Of a stretch of 64,000 bases of DNA, positions 46,381 through 56,973 are shown one piece after another. The translations under genes were made by a program, and so were the position numbers. Source of the stretch: Desulfobacterales bacterium (GTDB taxonomy: Bacteria > Desulfobacterota > Desulfobacteria > Desulfobacterales > JAHDSC01); contig JAFGES010000064.1 in NCBI GenBank assembly GCA_016931455.1, forward strand, positions 13,664 through 77,663. Direction: 5' to 3'. The notes under the pieces were generated by a model. That model was not told where the DNA came from. It was given only the letters and a program-made list of their open reading frames with translations, and searched no databases. Numbering within the stretch: position 1 is the first letter of the stretch; each line of letters begins with the position of its first letter.

Positions 46381-47307
46381 ATGTCTAAAATTTTTGGCGA
46401 TATTAATAAAACGATTGGAAATACTCCTCTTGTCCGGTTGAATAAAATAACGGGAGGCCTCAAAGCGAATATTCTCGTCAAATTGGAATTTTTCAATCCG
46501 CTTGGAAGCGTCAAGGATCGGATCGGTTCGGCAATGATCGCAGCCGCCGAACGTGAAGGACGAATTCGAAAAGACACGCTCATTGTGGAACCTACCAGCG
46601 GAAATACGGGGATTGCGCTCGCGTTTGTGTGCGCAGTAAAGGGATATCGTCTGTGTTTAACCATGCCGGATACGATGAGCATTGAACGTAGAAAGCTCTT
46701 AAAGCATTTGGGCGCCGAACTGGTTTTAACACCCGGAAGTGAAGGTATGAAAGGGGCTATCGCTAAGGCGGAGGAAATTCAGGTAAATGCTGAAGATGCC
46801 TATATGCCTGATCAGTTCAGTAACCCTGCCAATCCGCAAATACACCGCGAAACCACGGCCGAGGAAATTTGGAAGGATACGGATGGAAATATAGATATTC
46901 TGGTTGCAGGGGTCGGTACGGGGGGCACGATTACGGGAATATCGGAGGTCATTAAAGCGAAAAAACCATCATTTAAAACCATAGCGGTAGAACCGAAAGA
47001 CTCTGCCGTACTTTCCGGCGGTCAGCCGGGTCCCCATAAAATCCAGGGGATTGGAGCAGGATTTATACCCCAGGTATTAAATATCGATATCATCGACGAA
47101 GTGGTCACGGTAACAAATGATGATGCTTTCAAGACCGCTAGAAGATTGGCAAAAGAAGAGGGTATTCTTTGCGGAATCTCTTCCGGAGCTGTAGTGAAGG
47201 TTGCTTTGGAGATTGGAAAAAGGCCTGAAAATATCGGCAAACAAATTGTCGTCCCCCTTCCCAGTACCGGTGAGCGTTATCTGACAACCGATCTGTTTGA
47301 AAAGTGA
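46381..47307 (+). CDS. cysK: Cysteine synthase A (O-acetylserine sulfhydrylase)
   Basis: Preferred start is ATG 46381 (AGGAGGA RBS). [19 protein letters not shown] (PLP lysine), [12 protein letters not shown] and GTGGTITG. Confidence 0.9.
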   Translation: MSKIFGDINKTIGNTPLVRLNKITGGLKANILVKLEFFNPLGSVKDRIGSAMIAAAEREGRIRKDTLIVEPTSGNTGIALAFVCAVKGYRLCLTMPDTMSIERRKLLKHLGAELVLTPGSEGMKGAIAKAEEIQVNAEDAYMPDQFSNPANPQIHRETTAEEIWKDTDGNIDILVAGVGTGGTITGISEVIKAKKPSFKTIAVEPKDSAVLSGGQPGPHKIQGIGAGFIPQVLNIDIIDEVVTVTNDDAFKTARRLAKEEGILCGISSGAVVKVALEIGKRPENIGKQIVVPLPSTGERYLTTDLFEK

Positions 47308-47309
47308 GA

Positions 47310-47343
47310 AAAACAGGGCCACCTGATATTTTTACCCTGTTTT
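47310..47343. terminator. Hairpin between the convergent cysK and darP-like genes
   Basis: AAAACAGGG-(16 nt)-CCCTGTTTT. Confidence 0.55.
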
Positions 47344-47352
47344 ATCACAGCT

Positions 47353-47610
47353 TCAAATTTTTTCAAGCGCTTTAAGAATGGGTTCGGGGTCTACGTTGCG
47401 CATGAGAGTTCCGATATATTGTAGCTGCCGGCGTCTGGCCCCGTGCTTTTTAATGTTCTTGGCATCGAGCACCGCATCTTTGAGATCCGAAGGTAAATCC
47501 ATCCTTTGAATCTGTTCTACGGAAAGATCAACGAGAAGTTCTCCTATTTTTTGAAGTGCCGTCATCTCCCGCTTGATCTGAGAGCGACTTTTTTTTAGCT
47601 CTTCAGCCAT
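47353..47610 (-). CDS. Short YjgA/DarP-like (DUF615) ribosome-associated protein; 85 aa versus ~180 aa in E. coli
   Basis: SRSQIKREMTALQKIGELLVDL...LP..L..A.......K..GARRRQLQYIGTLMRNVDPEPI aligns to roughly residues 25-105 of YjgA. The C-terminal half is absent. Confidence 0.6.
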   Translation of the reverse strand: MAEELKKSRSQIKREMTALQKIGELLVDLSVEQIQRMDLPSDLKDAVLDAKNIKKHGARRRQLQYIGTLMRNVDPEPILKALEKI

Positions 47611-47636
47611 ATTTATACCTTAAAGTACAGTCGTTG

Positions 47637-47668
47637 CCCCCTTTTGCTTTGCAAGCGCGAAAAGGGGG
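47637..47668 (-). terminator. GC hairpin downstream of the parvulin gene
   Basis: CCCCCTTTT-(14 nt)-AAAAGGGGG. Confidence 0.45.
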
Positions 47669-47685
47669 TACGGTGCGTCAACCAA

Positions 47686-47964
47686 TTAACTCCGACTGAT
47701 AATATCAATAAGATGGTAGCCGAATTGTGTTTTCACGGGGCCGTGAATCTTGCCTATTTCTCCATTGAAAATAACCTTATCAAACTGAGGAACCATTTCC
47801 CCTTGAGAAAATTCTCCCAAATCGCCGCCGTTTTTACCGGAAGGACATTGTGAATATTTTTTTGCCAATTCGGCAAAATCGGATCCGTTTTCGATTTTTT
47901 TCTTCAGGTCTTCGCATTCTTTCTGTGTTTCAACCAAAATATGACGTGCTGAAGCAATACTCAT
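47686..47964 (-). CDS. ppiC: Parvulin-type peptidyl-prolyl cis-trans isomerase
   Basis: Preferred start is ATG 47964 (MSIASARHILV...). ARHILV, GGDLGEF..G.MV..F and T.FGYHLI motifs. Confidence 0.85.
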   Translation of the reverse strand: MSIASARHILVETQKECEDLKKKIENGSDFAELAKKYSQCPSGKNGGDLGEFSQGEMVPQFDKVIFNGEIGKIHGPVKTQFGYHLIDIISRS

Positions 47965-48151
47965 GTTTTTCCTCCAATCCAATGATAATTTTTGTGCCTG
48001 CCAATGGGGATACCATAAAAATTCAGATCTTGACAATCGAAAAAAAATTTATATTTTTTAACTTTTAAGAATTGCTTTGATTCATCCACCCAATGAGAAG
48101 TATAAGGATTTGGACAGGGTATAATCCTACTGATAAAATAAGGAGTTTAAA

Positions 48152-49132
48152 GTGATCATTGAGGAATTAAACCAACGGGTCGAAGAGAAGCATCTGCTGG
48201 TTAACAGCATCAAAAACGAAATCGGTAAAATTCTCGTAGGCCAGCGGAATCTGATAGAAAGTATGCTGATCGGCCTTTTTACCAAAGGCCATATTCTGAT
48301 CGAAGGCGTTCCGGGTTTAGCCAAAACCAGTGCCGTTATGGCCCTCGCCGGCACTGTCCATGCCGATTTTAAGCGCATCCAGTTCACCCCCGACCTGCTT
48401 CCGGCTGATTTGATCGGTACGGAAGTCTTTCGACCCAAAACCAGTGATTTTACGATAAAAAAAGGCCCTATTTTTCACAATATCATTTTAGCGGATGAAA
48501 TCAATCGGGCACCTTCCAAAGTACAGTCCGCATTGCTTGAGGCCATGCAGGAACGACAGGTGACTATTGGAGAGTCGACCTTCCCGCTTTCTGATCCATT
48601 CCTGGTGATGGCGACTCAAAATCCAATCGAGCAGGAGGGAACCTATCCACTGCCTGAAGCCCAGGTCGACCGATTCATGCTCAAAGTGATTATCGACTAC
48701 CCGGATAAAACCGAAGAAAAAGAAATCATGAGGCGCGTGGGCTTTGAAAATGCTTCTACAGTTAAAGAGGTTATTCACCCGGCTCAACTGAATGAAATTG
48801 TTGCGTTGATAAAAGAGATTTACATGGATGAAAAGCTCAAAGATTATATTGTCGATATCGTCTTTGCTACGCGCAAACCGGCTGATTACAAGATCGATAT
48901 ATGCGACTATGTTCAGTTCGGCGCTTCACCCCGGGCGACGATCTTTTTGAGCCTGGCTGCCAGGGCCTATGCTTTTCTGCAGGGTAGAGCCTATGTAACC
49001 CCACAGGATATCAAAACCGTGGCTCCAAGTGTCCTGCGTCATCGAATCATTTTGTCGTATGAAGCCGAGGCGGAAGATATTACAACGGAGCAAATTATCG
49101 GTCATGTGTTTGATTCCATCGAGGTTCCCTAA
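48152..49132 (+). CDS. moxR: MoxR-family AAA+ ATPase
   Basis: GHILIEGVPGLAKT Walker A, ILADEINRA Walker B and VMATQNPIEQEGTYPLPEAQ.DRF. Confidence 0.9.
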   Translation: MIIEELNQRVEEKHLLVNSIKNEIGKILVGQRNLIESMLIGLFTKGHILIEGVPGLAKTSAVMALAGTVHADFKRIQFTPDLLPADLIGTEVFRPKTSDFTIKKGPIFHNIILADEINRAPSKVQSALLEAMQERQVTIGESTFPLSDPFLVMATQNPIEQEGTYPLPEAQVDRFMLKVIIDYPDKTEEKEIMRRVGFENASTVKEVIHPAQLNEIVALIKEIYMDEKLKDYIVDIVFATRKPADYKIDICDYVQFGASPRATIFLSLAARAYAFLQGRAYVTPQDIKTVAPSVLRHRIILSYEAEAEDITTEQIIGHVFDSIEVP

Positions 49133-49138
49133 AATAAA

Positions 49139-50017
49139 ATGCTTTCGCCGGAATTTATTAAAAAAATAAAAAAGATCCATATCAAAAGCGGTCGTCTCGT
49201 CAATACCATGATGGCCGGCCAATATAAGTCCGTTTTCCGAGGTTCGGGAATTGAGTTTGAGGAAGTTCGAGAATACTGTCCGGGAGATGAGGTCAAAAGC
49301 ATTGATTGGAAAGTTTCGGCACGTCTGGGACGCCCCTTTGTCAAACTCTACAGGGAAGAACGTGAGTTGATGGTAATGCTGCTCGTGGACATGAGCGCTT
49401 CAGGATGCTTTGGAACCACCGATAACGTTAAAAAAGAAACTGCTGCAGAGGTTGCTTCGATTCTAGCATTTAATGCCATCCGTAATAACGACAAAGTCGG
49501 TGCGATTTTATTTACCGACCGGGTTGAAAAATATATTCCGCCCCAAAAAGGATCCGCTCATGTTTGGCGGGTCATCAAAGAAATCTTTGCATTTGAACCC
49601 CAACATAAAGCCACCGATATTGAAAATGCAATCCGTTATTTCGGCAGAGTTTGCCGGAAGAAAACCGTTTCCTTTCTAATTTCCGATTTTCTGTGTCAAG
49701 GCTATTTGCGGCAGCTTAAAATTGCCGGAAAAAAGCATGAACTTATCGGTGTCCTCCTATCTGATCCGGGGGAATTTAATTTGCCGGAGGCCGGTATTTT
49801 TGCGGTAGAGGATTTTGAAACCGGTGAGCATTATTTTTTCGATGCATCGGATAAAAAAACGCGGCAAGCATTTGAAAAACAGAAAAAGGATGAGTACCGG
49901 CAAACGCTTGAAATGCTCAAAAGCGCAGATATTGATTCCATTGAAGTCAGCACGGATTGCTCGGCAGCAGAGGCCCTGACTAAATATTTTCGATACCGGG
50001 AAAAAAGGATGCGATGA
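49139..50017 (+). CDS. DUF58 (vWA-like) protein, MoxR partner
   Basis: G.YKSVFRGSGIEFEEVREY.PGDEV..IDWKVSAR signature. Confidence 0.85.
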   Translation: MLSPEFIKKIKKIHIKSGRLVNTMMAGQYKSVFRGSGIEFEEVREYCPGDEVKSIDWKVSARLGRPFVKLYREERELMVMLLVDMSASGCFGTTDNVKKETAAEVASILAFNAIRNNDKVGAILFTDRVEKYIPPQKGSAHVWRVIKEIFAFEPQHKATDIENAIRYFGRVCRKKTVSFLISDFLCQGYLRQLKIAGKKHELIGVLLSDPGEFNLPEAGIFAVEDFETGEHYFFDASDKKTRQAFEKQKKDEYRQTLEMLKSADIDSIEVSTDCSAAEALTKYFRYREKRMR

Positions 50018-50691
50018 TGCTTCGTGTGCGTATGCTTATTTTGTTCGTCATGCTTTGCGGTTTAGGCAGCCCGCTTTTCGCCCGGACAAATCCGATGACA
50101 AGCCCGACGGACGCAAATCAGCTCATTGAAAATGTAGGTATGACTGAAAAAGGGGCGGTTGAAACTCAACCGCTGATGACCGATATCCATGACATTAAGC
50201 CGCCTGAAAAGCTTGGAATCAATCCGGCATTTTTACAGTATACGCTCTATGGTTTGATCGGTGTTTTGATTGCGGCATTTGTGGCTGCGGCTATTTATTA
50301 TTACCGGAAAAAACGCGGCAAAAAAGAAATCAAAACCGTTGTGCCCACCTTAGCACCGGATGAAGCGGCATTCAGGGCTTTGGATGAGTTGCTTGAACTA
50401 TTAAATTCGGACGGCAAAAAATTTTATTTCCGGATTTCAGCCGTCCTAAGAGGATATATTCAGCAGCGGTTTGACATCGATGCTTTGGAGATGACCACGG
50501 AAGAGCTGCTCCCGAGGGTCGGCGAAATGAAACTGGAAGATGTATTAAAAAAGGGCTTTCGAGAGTTTATATATACGAGTGATCCGATTAAATTTGCCGG
50601 ACGATTTGTCGACAAAGAAAAGATGCACGGGCATCTTGAGTTCGTGAGAGAATTTGTAGAAAAAACAACACCGGCTATAAGGTATAAGTGA
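50014..50691 (+). CDS. DUF4381-like membrane protein of the Bat operon
   Basis: Operon position, a single TM segment after the DIHDIKPP motif, and a 4-nt overlap with the upstream gene. Confidence 0.65.
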   Translation: MMLRVRMLILFVMLCGLGSPLFARTNPMTSPTDANQLIENVGMTEKGAVETQPLMTDIHDIKPPEKLGINPAFLQYTLYGLIGVLIAAFVAAAIYYYRKKRGKKEIKTVVPTLAPDEAAFRALDELLELLNSDGKKFYFRISAVLRGYIQQRFDIDALEMTTEELLPRVGEMKLEDVLKKGFREFIYTSDPIKFAGRFVDKEKMHGHLEFVREFVEKTTPAIRYK

Positions 50692-50780
50692 AAAAATATG
50701 AGCTGTCGATCGATGCAGCCATTAAAATGGTAGGTTTTTGTCGATAGTTCAAAAAGCAAAGATATAATTTTAGCATAAAT

Positions 50781-51779
50781 ATGTTTCGATTCGCATCGCC
50801 TTATTTCTTTCTGGTTCTCGCCGTTATACCAACGGCGCTTTATTATCAACGACGCAGACGGATTTATCCGGTGATGCGTGTATCCGGAACGTTTGCCCTT
50901 CGGGGCGTTCAGAAGTCGGTTTTCATAAAAATACGATGGCTTATGCCTCTTCTGAAATATACGGCATTCGGCTTGATGGTCATTGCCATGGCCCGGCCCC
51001 AGTGGGGCACCCGGCAAGTGAATATCTTGACGGAAGGTATCAATATCATTCTTGCCGTTGATGTATCCGAGAGCATGGCGGCGCTTGATTTCAAGCTTAA
51101 CGGCAAAATCGTCAACCGTCTGGAAGCCGTTAAAGGAGTAATCCGGAACTTTATCATGAAAAGAAACGGGGACAGAATCGGCATGGTGGTTTTTGGCTCC
51201 AATGCCTATACTCAGGTGCCCCTGACACGCGATTATACAACCATAGTCTCTATCCTCGAGCGCCTTAAAATCGGTGCAGCCGGTAAAAGTACGGCCATCG
51301 GTGATGCCGTCGGCATTTCACTCAAGAGGCTGGAAGATTTGAAAAGCGTGTCCAATATCATCATATTATTGACCGATGGACGTAGCAATACCGGTGAACT
51401 GTCTCCGTCGACGGCAACTGAAATTGCGGTTCAAAAAAAGGTCAAGATTTATACGATCGGGGTAGGCGGCAAAGGTCAGGCTCCGTTTCTGGTGAACCAT
51501 CCCTTGTTGGGTGAACGATATATCTACCAGCAGGTCGATATTGATGAAGATACATTGCAAGATATTTCTTCCAAAACCGGCGGATTATATTTCAGGGCCG
51601 AAAATACCGAAGGTTTACAAAAAATTTACGATACCATCGACACCCTGGAAAAAACCGAAGTTAAAGTCAAGACATTTGCGGAATATCGGGAACTTTATCG
51701 ATATTTTTTGATTCCGGCTTTCACCATCATGATTTTTTGGATCATTCTCATCAATACACGTTTCTTGAGGGTACCATGA
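50781..51779 (+). CDS. batA: BatA (TM plus von Willebrand factor A domain)
   Basis: ILAVDVSESM MIDAS motif, LLTDGRSN, and N- and C-terminal TM helices. Confidence 0.85.
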   Translation: MFRFASPYFFLVLAVIPTALYYQRRRRIYPVMRVSGTFALRGVQKSVFIKIRWLMPLLKYTAFGLMVIAMARPQWGTRQVNILTEGINIILAVDVSESMAALDFKLNGKIVNRLEAVKGVIRNFIMKRNGDRIGMVVFGSNAYTQVPLTRDYTTIVSILERLKIGAAGKSTAIGDAVGISLKRLEDLKSVSNIIILLTDGRSNTGELSPSTATEIAVQKKVKIYTIGVGGKGQAPFLVNHPLLGERYIYQQVDIDEDTLQDISSKTGGLYFRAENTEGLQKIYDTIDTLEKTEVKVKTFAEYRELYRYFLIPAFTIMIFWIILINTRFLRVP

Positions 51780-53566
51780 AGTTTGTCCAATTGGAAATGC
51801 TTTTGTCTATCTGGGCGATTCCGGTGCTTTTAATGGTATTTCTTTACGGTATGCACCGGCGGCGCACAATTCTTTCGCAATTTGCTTCCAATAAAGGATT
51901 GAAAGCCATTGTTCCGGAGGTGGATTTTAAGAAGCGTTGGATCAAAGCGGCTCTAATGCTTTGTACGCTTTTTTTTACGGCCTTGGCTCTTGCCGGCCCC
52001 CAGTACGGTTACAAATGGGAGGAAATTGAGCGTAAAGGGATTGATATCATTCTTGCCTTGGACTGCTCCAAAAGTATGTTGGCTGAAGATATGCAACCGA
52101 CGCGGCTGGACCGTGCCAAACGTGAGGTTTTTGATCTGCTGAACATGCTTCAAGGTGATAGGGTGGGGTTGGTCGCTTTTGCCGGCACTGCTTTTCTGCA
52201 GTGCCCGCTGACAATCGACTATGAGACCTTTCACCTTTTTTTAAATACCTTGACGCCCGACTTTCTGCCTGTCGGCGGCACCGACATTGCGGCAGCGATT
52301 CAGACTGCTCTTTCCGGATTCAACGAGAAAGACAATTCTGAAAAGGCCGTTATCCTTATAACGGATGGGGAAAATACGGGTGGTGATGCCGTCAAGGCCG
52401 CCGAAACCGCGTCCAAGGCAGGAGTAAAACTTTTCTGCATTGGTGTCGGCAGCGCTGAGGGGGTGCCGGTGCCGGATAAGCAAGGTGGGTTTAAAAAGGA
52501 TATAACCGGCAACATTGTGCTCACTCATCTGGATGAGGAGACTTTGAAGAAAATAGCCGTGTTGACCGGTGGCACCTATGTCCGCTCGGTTGCCGGGGAC
52601 ATGGATTTGGACATTATTTATCTGCAGGAAATTCGTGCTAAAATGGATGCGGCTACGCTTTCCAGCGGCAGAAAACAAGTTTGGGAGGACCGCTTTCAGT
52701 GGTTCCTATCTATTGCGTTGATTGCTCTGATAGTCGATTTTTTCTTGCCGGCCGTCAAAAAAAATAAGATGATTCTAATTTTATTATTAATTCCATTAGT
52801 TAATGTTTCGGCTGCTTTCGCTGCAAGCAATTACAAAAATCTACAGCAAGGGCTTGAAGCTTATGAAAAAGGCGATTATGAAAAAAGTTTGAAATTTTTT
52901 ATCGATGCCCAATTGGAGAATCCGGAAAGATCTGAAATTTATTATAATATCGGCAATGCATATTATAAAACCGGTGATTTTGAATCCGCATTAAAAAATT
53001 ATCAAGAAGCCTTGAAATGCAAAGACAATGCGCTGAAGGCCAAGACCTTTTATAATCTCGGCAATACCAATTATCGCAATGGTAAGCTGGAAGATGCGGT
53101 TACCAATTTCCAGCAGGCGCTTAAAATCAATCCCGAAGACAAACAAGCCAAGCAGAACTTGGAATTTGTAAAAAAAATAATCGCGCAGCAAAAACAGCCG
53201 CAGACGCAGAATCAGCCCCGAAACAATCAAGAAGAAAAAGACAAAGATAAAGAAAAGACCGAAGATCAGAAAAGTAAGAGCGAAAATCAATCGCAAAAGC
53301 CGGATGCCGGAAAATCCCGGAAGCAAGAAGCCGGCCCTGATAAATCTTCACAAACTGAATCTTCCGATCAGGAAAAAGATACGAGTAAAGGCAATAACAA
53401 CGATCAGGATCGAAATCAATCTGCCGAATCAATGTCTTTGCCGGAATCGGATACAAACGGCCCGGACAAAAATCAGGCCGAAAAAATGCTGAACCGCTTA
53501 CGTGATATGCCGGGCAGAGCCATGATTCCGTCTTACAGGGAAAAATATGTGGAAAAAGATTGGTGA
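51776..53566 (+). CDS. batB: BatB-BatC-like fusion: TM, vWA domain, TPR repeats and a long K/E/Q/D-rich tail
   Basis: Preferred start is ATG 51776 (ATGA overlap with batA). ILALDCSKSM, ILITDGEN, then TPR units (YYNIGNAYYKTGDFESA...). Confidence 0.85.
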   Translation: MKFVQLEMLLSIWAIPVLLMVFLYGMHRRRTILSQFASNKGLKAIVPEVDFKKRWIKAALMLCTLFFTALALAGPQYGYKWEEIERKGIDIILALDCSKSMLAEDMQPTRLDRAKREVFDLLNMLQGDRVGLVAFAGTAFLQCPLTIDYETFHLFLNTLTPDFLPVGGTDIAAAIQTALSGFNEKDNSEKAVILITDGENTGGDAVKAAETASKAGVKLFCIGVGSAEGVPVPDKQGGFKKDITGNIVLTHLDEETLKKIAVLTGGTYVRSVAGDMDLDIIYLQEIRAKMDAATLSSGRKQVWEDRFQWFLSIALIALIVDFFLPAVKKNKMILILLLIPLVNVSAAFAASNYKNLQQGLEAYEKGDYEKSLKFFIDAQLENPERSEIYYNIGNAYYKTGDFESALKNYQEALKCKDNALKAKTFYNLGNTNYRNGKLEDAVTNFQQALKINPEDKQAKQNLEFVKKIIAQQKQPQTQNQPRNNQEEKDKDKEKTEDQKSKSENQSQKPDAGKSRKQEAGPDKSSQTESSDQEKDTSKGNNNDQDRNQSAESMSLPESDTNGPDKNQAEKMLNRLRDMPGRAMIPSYREKYVEKDW

Positions 53567-53628
53567 TGTTCCCGGTTCGTTTGGAAATGTACAGGCCGCA
53601 AGATTTATAGAAAGCTTTAATATATAAA

Positions 53629-55368
53629 ATGAAAAGATGGGTTTTAATTATATCGTTTCTTTTAGTGACCTCTGCCTTCGCTCATGCTTTTGAAGTCCGG
53701 GCCTTTGTCGATCGGACGCAGACAATTCCAAGTGAATCGATTCATTTGACGGTAACGATCAATGGTGGGGAAGGCAATGTTGATGTTTCCGGAATTCAGG
53801 ATTTTAAGGTTGTCTCCACGGGAACCGGAAGCAGCATGCAGATTGTAAACGGCCGGGTTTCCAGGGAATTTAGTTGTAATTATACGTTGATTCCGCTGAA
53901 AGAAGGTCGATTGAAAATACCTCCGCTGGAAATTGATTCCGGTGGTAAGACCTATCGAACCCGTGAGATTATCATCCAGGTTCTGAAAGAATCCCAAAAA
54001 AATGCCGGCAATAGAAATATTTTTGTTGAAGCCCGTGTTTCCGACCCAAATCCATTTGTTGGGCAACAGATCACTTATAACTTCAAGCTTTACAATGCCG
54101 TCCGGATTACCAATGCCAACTTGCAGAAACCGGCTTTTTCCGGGTTTAGCGCCAAGGAGCTTGAAGACAGGCAATCCTATAAAACGGTTATTTCCGGGCA
54201 AGAATTTATGGTGACGGATCTTAAAATTGTTTTGGTACCGTTAAATGCCCGGAAAATGATTATTGAACCTGCCGTATTGGAATGTGATGTGGTTCAACAT
54301 AGAAAACGGCAAAGATCATCTGCATTTGATTCGTTTTTTGATGACCCGTTTTTCGGACGTACTGAACTGGAATCAAAAATATTTAGAACCGATCCGCTAC
54401 AGGTGGATGTAAAACCATTGCCGACGGACACTGAGAAACTGAAATTTTCCGGTCTGGTCGGCAGCTTTGAAATCAAGGCCGCATTGGAAGGCAGCCAAAT
54501 GAAAGTGGGTGATTCCATGACCTTGGCGATTACCATTCAAGGCAACGGAAATATTATGGATGCACAAGCACCTGATATTGAAATCCCCGCCGCATTCAAG
54601 GTATATATGGATACCCCCGAAGAGGAGATTAACGTTGATGAAAACGGATATTCAGGCAAAAAGGTTTTTCGCCTGGCCCTCGTGGCGATAGAAGCCGGTC
54701 AGTATGTGATTCCATCCATTCAATTGCGGTATTTTAATGTTTCCAAAAGCAGTTATGAAACCTATTCAACACTTCCGATTTCACTTCTTGTCAATCCCTC
54801 GTCGGAAGCAGATAAACTAAATGTTTTTAGTACGCCTCAGGCTAACGAGTCAGCCCCTGTTCTTAAAAAAAAGGTGGAATTTATAGGGCGCGATATTCTG
54901 CCGTTGAAAGAGGAATTAGATGCCTTGAAAAGCCATGGTGTTTTATCTTTTTATCAATTTGTTTTCTGGTTGCTGATCCCGGCTTTTTTTTGTTTGTTGG
55001 CCAAAGCGGTCTTGGTTTTGAGCCGAAAAAATGATTCCCCGGAAAAGATGATGGCGGAAAAAGCGCTTAAAGCATTGAAAAAAGCCTCACACATAAACGC
55101 TACCGGTCCGGAATTTCTTTCCTGCCTTTACCGGTCGGTTGTTGCCGCGATATTTTCAACAGCCGGTACAAAAGGGGAGTCGCTCACCTATATAGAGGCG
55201 GAAGAAATTCTAACAAAAAGAGGATATTCCGCTGAGGTTGCCGAACAGGCTGCCGAACTTTTAAGAAAAATCGAATCAGCGAAGTATAGTGGATCAAACA
55301 GCGATACCCCTTTGAGAGAAAATCTTCTTTCCGAGACAAAAAAACTGGTCAGGAGTTTATCGAAATGA
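53629..55368 (+). CDS. batD: BatD (oxygen-tolerance protein)
   Basis: Signal peptide, repeated Ig-like segments typical of BatD, C-terminal TM, and operon context. Confidence 0.8.
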   Translation: MKRWVLIISFLLVTSAFAHAFEVRAFVDRTQTIPSESIHLTVTINGGEGNVDVSGIQDFKVVSTGTGSSMQIVNGRVSREFSCNYTLIPLKEGRLKIPPLEIDSGGKTYRTREIIIQVLKESQKNAGNRNIFVEARVSDPNPFVGQQITYNFKLYNAVRITNANLQKPAFSGFSAKELEDRQSYKTVISGQEFMVTDLKIVLVPLNARKMIIEPAVLECDVVQHRKRQRSSAFDSFFDDPFFGRTELESKIFRTDPLQVDVKPLPTDTEKLKFSGLVGSFEIKAALEGSQMKVGDSMTLAITIQGNGNIMDAQAPDIEIPAAFKVYMDTPEEEINVDENGYSGKKVFRLALVAIEAGQYVIPSIQLRYFNVSKSSYETYSTLPISLLVNPSSEADKLNVFSTPQANESAPVLKKKVEFIGRDILPLKEELDALKSHGVLSFYQFVFWLLIPAFFCLLAKAVLVLSRKNDSPEKMMAEKALKALKKASHINATGPEFLSCLYRSVVAAIFSTAGTKGESLTYIEAEEILTKRGYSAEVAEQAAELLRKIESAKYSGSNSDTPLRENLLSETKKLVRSLSK

Positions 55369-56129
55369 ACCCCTTTAAAAAAATAGGTATATATTTTTTG
55401 ATATTTTTTGTCCCCCTGATTACCATAGTCGAAGCCGGTGAACGGATGGATTTGACCGAAGCATTCTTAAACGGAATAAAGCATTATAAAGTTGAAAATT
55501 TTGATGCCGCCGTCACCGAATTTAATAAAATAGTAGATGCAGGAATTCATAGCGGCAAAGTCTTTTATAATCTTGGCAACGCTTATTTAAAAAGTGGTGA
55601 TATCGGCCGTGCTATTTTTTGGTTCGAGCGTGCCGTTAAGCTCATGCCCCATGATCCTGATCTGAAATTCAATTTGGACTATGCTCTTTCTCTAGTAAAG
55701 GATGAAAAGGAAGATAAGACCGTGTCTGTTTATAACATACTGTTTTTTTGGAATAAAATATTAAATGCAAGGACTATTCAATGGATAGCCGTCATTTCAA
55801 ATGGACTTTTCTGGCTTTTTTTGGCACTGAAAATCTTGTTTCGAAAAAAGGTATTTAAATTGCAGGCTTATTTGGTTTTAATTCCGACCGCTATATTCAC
55901 CTTGACAACCTTCTTTAACTTATATGAGGCAAGATACATAAAACATGCGATCATTATTCCGGAGAAGGTAGCGGTTCGATCCGGTTTAAATAGAGACTCG
56001 ACTGAGCTTTTTGTCTTGCACGCCGGAACCAAAGTGAAAATCCAAAAGGAAAATAAAGACTTTTATAGAATTTATTTTTCAGATGGTAAGATCGGATGGA
56101 TAAGAAAATATGAGGTCGCTATTATTTGA
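55365..56129 (+). CDS. BatE-like TPR plus SH3-like protein
   Basis: TPR (FYNLGNAYLKSGDIGRAIFWFERA), TM helices, and a C-terminal SH3-like segment (GTKVKIQKENKDFYRIYFSDGKIGWI). Confidence 0.7.
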   Translation: MNPFKKIGIYFLIFFVPLITIVEAGERMDLTEAFLNGIKHYKVENFDAAVTEFNKIVDAGIHSGKVFYNLGNAYLKSGDIGRAIFWFERAVKLMPHDPDLKFNLDYALSLVKDEKEDKTVSVYNILFFWNKILNARTIQWIAVISNGLFWLFLALKILFRKKVFKLQAYLVLIPTAIFTLTTFFNLYEARYIKHAIIIPEKVAVRSGLNRDSTELFVLHAGTKVKIQKENKDFYRIYFSDGKIGWIRKYEVAII

Positions 56130-56306
56130 AAATTAATTCAAAATCTAAAATCTGCCAAAATTGAGCAAAAAAGCTGGCAAAAAATGTTACCTCCATAATT
56201 TATTACTTCCCTCAATCCCGACCATCCTTTACTCATCTCTAATGCAACTCATTAAATTATTTATATAATTTATTTGCCGATCACTTTTAAATAAATTTCG
56301 GCCAAA

Positions 56307-56322
56307 TGGCATCCCTTTTGCA
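56307..56322 (+). promoter_or_regulatory. Sigma-54 (-24/-12) promoter candidate ~180 nt upstream of the mglB/mglA-like operon
   Basis: TGGCAT-CCCTT-TTGCA matches TGGCAC-N5-TTGCW with correct GG/GC spacing. Confidence 0.5.
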
Positions 56323-56502
56323 CAATCTTTAGACATTATTAAAATAAAACACTATGCCATTAATCGAATTTTCCAAAAAATACTTTTAAGTCGTCTGTTG
56401 AATTTCTTCACCAATTTAAAACGGAAAATATCACGTATAGATATAGACGATGGAAAATAAAGCATATTAATCTCACCTAATCAATTTGCGGGAGGAAAAG
56501 CA

Positions 56503-56910
56503 TTGTCTTATATGTTTGGTCAAAAAGAACTCGATGGCATTGAAGAGATTTTACAAAAGGATTTTATGGATCTCGGGGTTCATTCTGTTGTGTTTATTGA
56601 TATGGCCGGCAATATTATTGCCAATCTAGACAATGGCGTAATGGGGCATGATATTTATTCCCTAGCCGCTCTGGCGGCCGGTAATTTCGGAGCAGTCAGC
56701 TCCATGGCAAAGATTATTGGAGAAGACGAATTTTCACTACTTTTTCATAAAGGGGAAAAAGAAAATATGCATTTTAGCAAAGTAATGACTGATTTTTTGT
56801 TGGTCATTATATTTGGTAATGAAGTATCTTTGGGCTTTTTGCGATTAAAAGTGGCTGAGGCGATCGAAAAGCTGAAGCTGATTTTAGAGCCTCTTCAGGT
56901 TCTCGATTAA
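56503..56910 (+). CDS. mglB: Roadblock/LC7-domain protein (MglB-like GAP candidate)
   Basis: Size, roadblock-like pattern, and position immediately upstream of the mglA homologue. Confidence 0.65.
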   Translation: MSYMFGQKELDGIEEILQKDFMDLGVHSVVFIDMAGNIIANLDNGVMGHDIYSLAALAAGNFGAVSSMAKIIGEDEFSLLFHKGEKENMHFSKVMTDFLLVIIFGNEVSLGFLRLKVAEAIEKLKLILEPLQVLD

Positions 56911-56973
56911 TAGTTTTTTCAATTGAAATTGAGCTGATTTTTCTGACATTGCCGTTTTGCGAGGTTTCTTCCC

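Noticed and set aside
51737-51775. Track start for the batB-like ORF, and similar long starts at 16613, 26074, 45228, 46351 and 48036
   Set aside because: The internal ATGs have better RBS or overlap coupling, and they align with family N-termini. The extensions add non-homologous residues.
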